From the NCBI GenBank assembly GCA_043228905.1, contig JBHGNT010000017.1, forward strand, positions 12,958,001-13,022,000: DNA of 64,000 nucleotides, written 5' to 3'. The notes beneath the pieces were generated by a model. That model was not told the DNA's origin and did not search any database. It saw nothing but the letters and a program-made list of their open reading frames with translations. Below, in pieces: positions 25,508 to 34,587 of the stretch. A program made the position numbers and the translations under genes. Positions within the stretch are counted from its first letter, which is position 1; each line of letters starts with the position of its first letter. Source of the DNA: Azolla caroliniana (taxonomy: Eukaryota > Plantae > Polypodiophyta).

Positions 25508-26563
25508 TTATAAATTACCATCGGAAATGTCTACAAATCTCCTATAAACAGCTAAGCTCTTGCTAGTCAGTGGAATGAGTCTACATATATTATCCGCATA
25601 TCGAGCTCGGTATGGAGTCCACAACCATGCACCTAGTTGGCAGCTCACTGTTTGCACCAGGTACTGTTCAGGCATTTCCTTCGGTAGAATGAGACAACAT
25701 CTCTGAATATTGAAGTAGTGCCGGAAATGTTCTGTATCCAAAATCAATGTATTGTCGGCATTATATTCAGGCCAAGTAGCCCAAAAATCAGAAAGTCTCT
25801 TGAATCTTGCAGCTTCCATTTGCTCACAATTTTCTCGTGCCCATTGACCTTTAAAACGACTTCGCCATTTTGGGAAGAATCTTGCCAAACACTTCCACAC
25901 ATCTGATTTTGGTTTTTCACTCCAAATAAACAAATCAAAGTATTGCACAACCCACTCTAGAAACTGATTCGCGTCCCTCCTTGGCTGCATATATCTCACA
26001 CTCATCAAGACTTTATCAAGCTCCAAGATCAAGGCTCTTCTTTCGACTTCTAGTGGTTTAGGTTTCCATTCCTGAAACTGAGCCGTTGTTACACCATTTT
26101 CTGGTAGGATACGATCAATCTCAATCAGCTCAGGTTCGGCCGACACAACTGGCGTCGTTTTCCTCTTCAAACCCCTAGTTGACTGTGTTGGGCCTGGCTT
26201 CACATTCTGGTGCTCTTGTTTTGTCGACTTAGTTATCAATCCTTGGATTACCTCGGTGCATGTAGCTACTAATCTGCTCGATATTAGTCCACTGGTATCA
26301 CATGCTGCATCTACCTGCAACACCAAGTCATCCGTGCTACATGCTTGATCAACTTGTGTGACCAGATCACTTGTGTCAGTTGCTACATCTACTTTCAAGA
26401 TGGGGCCCTTTAAACATGCCGCAACATCAACAGTATCCACACTGCCATTGGCCTTACGAGCAATAGAATCAAACCCTTTAGACTCTGCAACATCAGAAAA
26501 CACCAACATATTCACACTCACAAAGTAACTAACAGTCTCACAAAACAATATCCTGAACATCAA
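25508..26563 (-). CDS. FCP1/NIF-homology (HAD-fold CTD-phosphatase-like) domain ORF, catalytic motif altered
   Basis: ALILELDKVL (compare DLDxTL), PRRDANQFLEWVVQYFDLFIWS, FKRLSDFW, YNADNTLILD match the plant FCP1-homology pattern; open for 351 codons. Confidence 0.7.
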   Translation of the reverse strand: MMFRILFCETVSYFVSVNMLVFSDVAESKGFDSIARKANGSVDTVDVAACLKGPILKVDVATDTSDLVTQVDQACSTDDLVLQVDAACDTSGLISSRLVATCTEVIQGLITKSTKQEHQNVKPGPTQSTRGLKRKTTPVVSAEPELIEIDRILPENGVTTAQFQEWKPKPLEVERRALILELDKVLMSVRYMQPRRDANQFLEWVVQYFDLFIWSEKPKSDVWKCLARFFPKWRSRFKGQWARENCEQMEAARFKRLSDFWATWPEYNADNTLILDTEHFRHYFNIQRCCLILPKEMPEQYLVQTVSCQLGAWLWTPYRARYADNICRLIPLTSKSLAVYRRFVDISDGNL

Positions 26564-27289
26564 AGAGTTTCAGTCATAGAACAACACTCTTCAAATTATC
26601 TTGGAAAAACATCATAGAGTTCCATTCCATAATGTGGATCAAGCAACAACCAATCTGAGGTTTTACTTGTCCAACAGGATAGTAAAACTTCATAAAACCC
26701 TAGCAAAATCCCTAAGCTAACAATCATATCCAACTAAACAGTATTTCGCTCCACTACGTCTGGGCCCCTTGACCGAGTAACTGGTCTTGTTCCCGATCGT
26801 GGCCCCTTCTTCAGCCTTTTTCTGGTTGGTTCCCCATTTAGCCTTGCTTCTTTCACCCAATGCGATAGTGTGTCCTCCTCTGACAACCTTCCCATCGCCT
26901 CAGCAGCTATTTGCACATCAATCGTTTCTTGAACTAGCTTTTCAAGTACAGAGGGATCTGTTTGGACATTTTCAATAGTTGGGCTCGGTGGGGTGGAATC
27001 AAGGTCTTGAGATTCGAAGAAATGTTGCATCAAGTGTTCATAAACACTGTTGCTGTGAACCTCAGTTTTACATGTTGTTTCCACTATTTCATGGCATTTC
27101 ACATCGTTGCCTAATTCAGTACACTGTTCCAAAAGAATAGGGTGGAGCTGATCTGAAGGAGATGTGATAGCAGGACTCTTACTTTTAGCCACGTTGGCAG
27201 TAGTATCCTCATCTGTTGCAGCGTCATCAGCACCAGACACATCATATGCCGTCCTTAATCCACAAGATTCTACAATAACATGGCAGCTA

Positions 27290-28535
27290 TTTAGGATAGC
27301 TAATTAGCTACTTTACTAAACTATGGTAGAAGCTAGGATAGCTAATTAGCTAGTACGATAGCTAATTAGCTAGTATGATAGCTAATTAAGATAGCTAATT
27401 AGCTAGTACGATAGCTAATTAGCTACTTTACTCAACTATGGTAGTAGCTAGGATAGCTAATTAGCTACTTTACTCAACTATGGTAGTAGCTAGGATAGCT
27501 AATTAGCTACTTTCTCAACTATGTAGTAGCTAGGATAGCTAATTAATTAGCTACTTTACTCAACTATGGTAGTAGCTAGGATAGCTAATTAATTAGCTAC
27601 TTTACTCAACTATGGTAGTAGCTAGGATAGCTAATTAGCTACTTTACTCAACTATGGTAGTAGCTAGGATAGCTAATTAGCTACTTTACTAACTATGGTA
27701 GTAGCTAGGATAGCTAATTAGCTACTAGGATAGCTAATTAGCTAGTAGGATAGCTAATTAGCTACAATGAAAGCTAATTAGCTACTTTCTCAACTATGTA
27801 GTAGCTAGGATAGCTTATTAGCTACTAGGATAGCTAATTAGCTGCCAGTAGCTAATTAGCTACTAGGATAGCTTATTAGCTACTTTCTCAACTATGTAGT
27901 AGCTAGGATAGCTTATTAGCTACTAGGATAGCTAATTAGCTGCCAGTAGCTAATTAGCTACTAGGATAGCTTATTAGCTACTTTCTCAACTATGTAGTAG
28001 CTAGTATAGCTTATTAGCTACTAGGATAGCTAATTAGCTACTTTCTCAACTATGTAGTAGCTAGGATAGCTTATTAGCTACTAGGATAGCTAATTAGCTG
28101 CCAGTAGCTAATTAGCTACTAGGATAGCTTATTAGCTACTTTACACAACTATGGCAGTAGCTAATTAGCTACTATGATAGCTAATTAGCTAGCAGGATAG
28201 CTAATTAGTTGCCAGTAGTTAATTAGCTACTAGGATAGTTGATTAGCTAGTAGGATAGCTAATTAGTTGCCAGTAGCTAATTAGCTAGTAGGATAGCTAA
28301 TTAGCTTTTTTACACAACTATGGTACTAGCTAATTAGCTACTAGGATAGCTTATTAGCTACTTTACACAACTATGGCAGTAGCTAATTAGTTACTAGGAT
28401 AGCTAATTAGTTGCCAGTAGCTAATTAGCTAGTAGGATAGCTAATTAGCTTTTTTACACAACTATAGTACTAGCTAATTAGCTACTAGGATAGCTAATTA
28501 GCTGCCAGTAGCTAATTAGTAGGATAGCTAATTAG
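27290..28535. repeat. Second intronic TAGCTAATTAGCTA array (intron 28570-27270 of the cargo gene)
   Basis: Same palindromic core with different spacers (CTTTACTCAACTATGGTAGTAGCTAGGA, CTAGGA, GCCAG). Confidence 0.95.
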
Positions 28536-28550
28536 AAAAGACTAAGCTTA

Positions 28551-28910
28551 TTAGCTACAGTATGGTATACCTATTAGTTTTCTCCACTCATTTGGTAGAG
28601 CTGTACTGCAATCTCCCAAACAGAATGCAGCAATTTGACAGGCATGTTGAAAACAAAGCAGATGGTATGTGTGGTTGCATGGTTGTAGGTGAACCAACAA
28701 AGACGCAGTTTTGTCCTCCACACCTAACCCGCAAGCGATGCAACGTGCTTGAACTATCAATAAATCATTTTCTGGTTCTACTTCATTTGGTAAGGGAGCA
28801 AGAATGTTCAGGTCCAAATCTTGTCTGGTCCTTACCATTCCCTCCACAAAATGTAGCTGCTTCTTAAGGCAGCTAACTACCTGTTCTTGATGAATGTATT
28901 GTTCCTTCAA
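28551..28910 (-). CDS. RING-H2-like zinc finger exon of the cargo gene
   Basis: C-x2-C-x17-C-x-H-x2-H-x2-C-x10-C-x3-C (CIAC...CNHTYHLLC...CLGDC), preceded by a coiled-coil-like segment. Confidence 0.75.
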   Translation of the reverse strand: MKEQYIHQEQVVSCLKKQLHFVEGMVRTRQDLDLNILAPLPNEVEPENDLLIVQARCIACGLGVEDKTASLLVHLQPCNHTYHLLCFQHACQIAAFCLGDCSTALPNEWRKLIGIPYCS

Positions 28911-29944
28911 CGCAACAGAGAAATTTACTGATTAATTATTCTTGTTGTTGAAAGATACACCAACTTTGCTCAAGAATCGTTAACTTACTTGAAGCTTATC
29001 CAAATTGTAATCTGCAACAATATTTACACCTAGAAGGTCCAGGTTCATTGAAAGAACCTGGATCTCTATTTGCAGTTCTATTTTACGCTGGGGATCCAGT
29101 GGCCCCTCTAATTCAAGCTCCTGTTGCGCAACCTATTCCAGATAATGCTTGATTAGCACATTTTACCCGTTATTTATAACACAATCACATACCAGCAAAA
29201 CAATAGTTACCTGAATCTTATTTCTAATTGTTGTAACAGCGGAAGTAACTTTGCTCTCCATTGCAGAAGCCATTGTGGCTTTCTCTAAATCAGTCTTAAA
29301 AAATGCCAATGTCTCACAGGCTTCATGGACATTTTTTAGCATATAGCTAACCAGTGTCTCACCTGTATCATCGACATTGGCTTTCCTTGGGTGTCGGTGT
29401 GGTGTATGCCCCCGGTCTTGCTAGGAGTCAGCAGTTGCATCAACAGCTGCCATGCTCCAAAATCTATCTATTTTTTGTGCCAAGGTCCCCATCTTTCGAC
29501 ATCTTTTTACCGATGCCTCACCATAGACTGCCCAAGCTACCCTATACATTTTAGGGTCTCCGGATTCCTTCGTTGTTTTGCAGTACTCATATGCAAATGC
29601 TCTAGCAAATGAAACTGACAACTCATTGCTAACTGGGATCTCCTGATGAACTTTCTGGTGCAGTCTCATGCAGTCATCGTACAAGTCGGCTCGTACATGC
29701 TTCAGCTTGACCTTGCCTTTGACTCTAGGCACTGTATATACTGTCATCCAGTCTACATCACTGATCAATTTATCACTTAGGATAGCAGGGTCAACACCCT
29801 CGAGTGACAGACCATAGGTGTTGTGGAAGTCCTCCTTTGTCTCACAAAATTTTGCGAAGTTTAGCACTCTCGTATACGGAGGAACGAGCCATCTGAAATA
29901 TCATTTCAGAAATCAGAAATAGTGCAAAATCAAAATATGTGAGA

Positions 29945-30402
29945 ATCAGAAACCCCAATCAACAACAACAAAAATGTTGCAAAATCTTTAACTTAGCAAA
30001 TCAGAAACCCTAATCATAATTTGTATTCAGAAATTTGAAGAAACCCTAATCAAAATCTGTAATCAGAAGTTTGAAATCAGAAACCCTAATCAAAATCTGT
30101 AATCTGAAAATTGTAACCAGAAACCTTATTCAGAAATTTATAATCAGAAACCCTAATCAGAAATTTCAATCACAAACCCTAATCAGAAATCCTAAACAGA
30201 AATTTATAAACAAAAACCCTATTCAGAAATTCTAATCTGTAATCACAATTTGTAACCAGAAACCCTATTCAGAAATTTATAATAAAAAACCCTAATCAGA
30301 AATTTCAATCACAAACCCTAATCAGAAATTTCAATCACAAACCCTAATCAGAAATTTATAAACAAAAACCCTAATCAGAAATTTCAATCAAAAACCCCAA
30401 TC
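29945..30402. repeat. Telobox/telomere-like AAACCCTAAT array in cargo-gene intron 2 (30448-29893)
   Basis: More than 10 AAACCCTAAT-like units interspersed with CAGAAATTT spacers. Confidence 0.85.
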
Positions 30403-30686
30403 ATTACTAAAGACAGGATTAAACACAAAAAAAGTAATATAAACACACTTGTTGCTACTCCCCGATTTGCGAGACATCCTTGTATGGGACTCCAAGGACT
30501 TCGCCCTATTCGATTTTGGGGAAATATGAATCGGCACCAAAGTTCAGACAGTAGTCAAAAAGAAAAAAACAAATGTTTGGGGTTTCTGTAACTGAAACAT
30601 ACCTGGACGATGATCGAGCGGGTTCTGTGTTGTAGATCTCAATCTGCAATGTCGATTTTCTGCTGTTGCGGGAGCTACGTCTGCGT

Positions 30687-33600
30687 TGTCGTGCCTTTCG
30701 GCTCCGGATCGTTTGCGTGAGTCGGGTGGGAACCACCGAGGTTTTGGACTAGGAGAAAGAAGAATATGAGATGAGGCTAGTAATGAATAGATTATTAGAA
30801 AGAGAGATAGAAATTTCGTGAATCCCACGAGTGTATTGTATTCGATTAATCAATATTTAGATAAGAATATGTATTTAGATTGAAAGAAAGATATAAGAAA
30901 CTTGTGAATCCCACAAGTATAGATTATATTATTTTCGTGAATCCCACGATTATATTAATCGGTTGGTGTTTTCGGAAATATATCCAATTTCCAAATATTT
31001 CACACACCTATTACATTGTGCTCCCCATCCTTATGTAGTGATGAGGAAGTCTTAGTAATCCATGCTTTTTCTCTAACTATAGACCCCATGCTTTTCCTAT
31101 AGATAGACTATATGCTTTATCTAAAGTGATCATGCTTTTTTCTAACTTGTGCGTTTTTTATCATGCACGCTAGATGTGTATGTGTAGCTTTTTCTTTTGT
31201 TATGCGTTTTTCTAATGTTTATCCTAGCGTGAATTTACCTTTCTATGTGGGACATCTATGCTTTAACACTAATGAAATGCTAGTGTAATGGTAAGACATT
31301 ACATTATTAACATGGAGGTGCAAGGTTTGAATCTTGCCCTATGCATGTTCCATTTATTTTGCTATTTTCTTCTATTTCTTCATTTTTTATTGAATCTAAT
31401 ACTATATACGTTTTTCACGTAGTGTACAAAATACACTACGACACTCACCCCCTCCAAACCCGCACATCCTCCGGTATGTGCCGAAGTTGTTGGTGTTTGT
31501 TAGTCTCCTCCGTCCGGTCTCTACCCGATTGGTTTCGTTGCCGGCTCGTAGTACCCTCGACTTCTCTTGTTATGTTGACTTTGTCTCTCCATTTGGAGCA
31601 CATCCATTCTTTCCACCCGAACCATTGTCGACATCCGATCCACCATAGTCTTCGTTCGCTTTTTGCATGGCCCGCTTGGTCCTTGTCATCCGCGGTAGTA
31701 TCTTTTCTTGCCCTCTTTCTTTTCTTCATCAATCTCGACTTCTTTTCGGATTTTCGGTTTAGTCGGATTAGCTTACTTCCGATTCGGTCTCGTCGGATCG
31801 TCTTTCGTTTAGTTCGGCTTCCTTTCCGATTTGTATTCGGTCGATCCGGACTCGGTTGATCGGTTTTTACCGATTCAGTGCTCTTTCGGGTCGGTTTCTT
31901 TTCTTTTCTTTTCGTCCGGATTTGCTTTCTTTTCTTCGTTTTCACCTGCCTTGTCCGGTTCGACTTTCGGCACTTCTTTCCGTTGTTCGCTACGTAGGTC
32001 CTCCGATATGTGCTCGTTGTTCGGTCCTCGTGTGGTTGTAATGCATGCTTCTTTTCTCGCCGTAGCGCGTGCTTCTTTATTCGCCATAACACGCGTTTCT
32101 TTATTCGCCGTAGAGCGTGCTCTGTATTACGCGCTTCTCCCGTCGTAGACCCGACCTCCGCATTGTCGCACTTTCTTTTAGATTGGAATTTCGGATGGAT
32201 CATTTTCCATCCGAACCGACTTCCGACTTTACCTTCCTCGCCGCCATCTCCCGTCTCTCCGGTCTCACGTTGGTTCTCGGACACAACCGCCGAAGTCTCT
32301 AGATATTGTTGGCATGAATCCTCGGTATTACCTTCTTTCGTAGTTTCACCCTTAGCATTCTTCTCGGCTATCTCTTCATCGTATTCGTCGGCTTCGACAT
32401 TCGTTTTCTCTCCGCCACCTTCCGTCTCTTCAGTCTCACGTTGCCTTTCGATCGCAACCGCCGGAGTCTCTGGAATCAGTGGTGGGGAAGTCTCGATATG
32501 GCAATCCGCCATTGATTCGTCCATAGCCACCTCCGATTCGATTTCGTCTTTTGTGGCTACCTCCTTAATCACATCCGCTTCACACTCTTTATCTGCATCA
32601 ATTATGCAAACATCTATTATGCTTACCCCTTTTTGACCCGATGTCTCGGGCACTTGTATCCCGAAATTTCCTTCTACACTTGAATTATCGGCCTTATCCT
32701 TCGCCATCGTTCTTTCACAAGACGAGTGGGTGTCTTGTTCCACTCTTTCTCCCGTGGTACCATCATGTTGTATTTCGGCCTTCATATTGGCTTCATCGTT
32801 TTTCCTCAATCGACCATCCTTCATGGGCCATGTCGTTGACAAGATTCTCATCTTCCTCTCATCATGTCTCCGGCATACCCTTTCGACTTTGGCCCAATCC
32901 TCGGTAAGACCGTTCGCACCGTCATCATCTTCGAGTTCAATCCCGATGTCCTTCCTTTCTTTGCGATCGATCGATTTTACGAACATTAGGATTTTATCTT
33001 CTCCCACCAACCGTTGTTCCCGCTCCGAGAGTCGAGCAAAACGATGCTCGAACTCTAGGAATGCTTGTGTTGCACTTCGGTGGGTCTTCTCCGATGCCAC
33101 CCATTTGTCGAATTTTCGCCGATCTTGTCCCTTTGATCTCTTGTAATCATATGCCTCTCGTAAAGCTTCTTCGAATGACCCCCATGTCGAGTTTTGTTGC
33201 CGTATCTTGTGGATTCTCTCTTGTAGCTCATCCGTGGCCACCCGATTGAAGGATGTCACTTGCAATCCTTCCGGTATCCCACATCGTATCATCTCCGCCT
33301 TGTAGTCACGTAGATAGCGTGACACATCGTTTCCGTTGAATTGTCCGTTTCGTTGTACGAGCCGCTTTACTGCCCCCGTGATCTCCGACATCACTCGTTG
33401 TTCTTGTAGCATCCGCTCGAACATCATCATCATCGTTATACTCATTGCCTCTTGTTGATTCTCCATCTCCTTGCCACCCGCCTTCACGTCGGGTTCACCA
33501 ACTGTGTCGTGCCTTTCGGCTCCGGATCGTTTGCGTGAGTCGGGTGGGAACCACCGAGGTTTTGGACTAGGAGAAAGAAGAATATGAGATGAGGCTAGTA

Positions 33601-34262
33601 ATGAATAGATTATTAGAAAGAGAGATAGAAATTTCGTGAATCCCACGAGTGTATTGTATTCGATTAATCAATATTTAGATAAGAATATGTATTTAGATTG
33701 AAAGAAAGATATAAGAAACTTGTGAATCCCACAAGTATAGATTATATTATTTTCGTGAATCCCACGATTATATTAATCGGTTGGTGTTTTCGGAAATATA
33801 TCCAATTTCCAAATATTTCACACACCTATTACATTGTGCTCCCCATCCTTATGTAGTGATGAGGAAGTCTTAGTAATCCATGCTTTTTCTCTAACTATAG
33901 ACCCCATGCTTTTCCTATAGATAGACTATATGCTTTATCTAAAGTGATCATGCTTTTTTCTAACTTGTGCGTTTTTTATCATGCACGCTAGATGTGTATG
34001 TGTAGCTTTTTCTTTTGTTATGCGTTTTTCTAATGTTTATCCTAGCGTGAATTTACCTTTCTATGTGGGACATCTATGCTTTAACACTAATGAAATGCTA
34101 GTGTAATGGTAAGACATTACATTATTAACATGGAGGTGCAAGGTTCGAATCTTGCCTTATGCATGTTCCATTTATTTTGCTATTTTCTTCTATTTCTTCA
34201 TTTTTTTATTGAATCTAATACTATATACGTTTTTCACGTAGTGTACAAAATACACTACGACA
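30687..34262 (-). mobile_element. Non-autonomous gag-only LTR retroelement (TR-GAG-like), copy 2, young
   Basis: LTRs 30687-31443 and 33505-34262 (about 3 differences by eye); 4-bp TSD GCGT (30683-30686, 34263-34266); Trp PBS 33483-33500; PPT GGAGGGGGTGAG next to 31444. Confidence 0.95.
31445..33466 (-). CDS. Intact gag-like protein with acidic and highly basic C-terminal extensions (first ATG 33466; frame open back to GTG 33646)
   Basis: Uninterrupted ORF; N-terminal domain homologous to the gag at 1230-1760; no CCHC, no protease, RT or integrase; stop codon lies in the PPT. Confidence 0.85.
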   Translation of the reverse strand: MENQQEAMSITMMMMFERMLQEQRVMSEITGAVKRLVQRNGQFNGNDVSRYLRDYKAEMIRCGIPEGLQVTSFNRVATDELQERIHKIRQQNSTWGSFEEALREAYDYKRSKGQDRRKFDKWVASEKTHRSATQAFLEFEHRFARLSEREQRLVGEDKILMFVKSIDRKERKDIGIELEDDDGANGLTEDWAKVERVCRRHDERKMRILSTTWPMKDGRLRKNDEANMKAEIQHDGTTGERVEQDTHSSCERTMAKDKADNSSVEGNFGIQVPETSGQKGVSIIDVCIIDADKECEADVIKEVATKDEIESEVAMDESMADCHIETSPPLIPETPAVAIERQRETEETEGGGEKTNVEADEYDEEIAEKNAKGETTKEGNTEDSCQQYLETSAVVSENQRETGETGDGGEEGKVGSRFGWKMIHPKFQSKRKCDNAEVGSTTGEARNTEHALRRIKKRVLWRIKKHALRREKKHALQPHEDRTTSTYRRTYVANNGKKCRKSNRTRQVKTKKRKQIRTKRKEKKPTRKSTESVKTDQPSPDRPNTNRKGSRTKRKTIRRDRIGSKLIRLNRKSEKKSRLMKKRKRARKDTTADDKDQAGHAKSERRLWWIGCRQWFGWKEWMCSKWRDKVNITREVEGTTSRQRNQSGRDRTEETNKHQQLRHIPEDVRVWRG

Positions 34263-34587
34263 GCGTTCGTGCTCTAAGTACTCCATCTGCGTTCAAAATC
34301 AGACTTAGGCTAAACAGGAAATTGATGACATTGAAGTCGACCTTAGATGATGGTGTTATTCCCCAAGTTCCACTACGTCTGAAACAGAAGTTCAAATATT
34401 TGAGTTTTTTCATAAATTAGTTTTTCAAATATTTGATTTTCCCACAAAAAAGACTAGCTAAACAAATAACTAATTAGCTATGGCCATTTTAGTAGCTAAT
34501 TAGCTATAATAGTGTTTCCACTCGCATGCTTTTACCCTTCTACAGTTGTCCGACAGCCCCTTGTCCGGGTAATAGTATTCTTTTACA

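Larger units (their letters stand above)
25508..34286 (-). pseudogene. Spliced Sola cargo gene: novel N-terminal domain, coiled coil and RING-H2 finger, acidic linker, and a probably linked C-terminal FCP1/HAD-like domain; exon 1 disrupted by TR-GAG
   Basis: In-frame GT-AG joins: exon 1 34286..30603 (MEYLEHERRRSSRNSRKS.. once the TR-GAG is removed), exon 2 30505-30449, exon 3 from 29892, RING exon ending 28571, next exon from 27269. The link to ORF 25508-26563 is not resolved; there is a stop/frameshift near 29340-29423. Confidence 0.65.
20360..34537 (+). mobile_element. Sola2-type DNA transposon, 14.2 kb (about 10.6 kb without the nested TR-GAG)
   Basis: TIRs GGGTGAAAGCATGCGAGTGGAAACA (20360-20384) and TGTTTCCACTCGCATGCTTTTACCC (34513-34537), 24/25 match; 4-bp TSD TTCT (20356-20359, 34538-34541); GRG..CYC termini; Sola2-like DDD transposase inside. 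Confidence 0.88.

Noticed and set aside
29945-30402. True telomere or interstitial telomeric tract
   Set aside because: The units are not contiguous CCCTAAA repeats and lie inside a transposon intron
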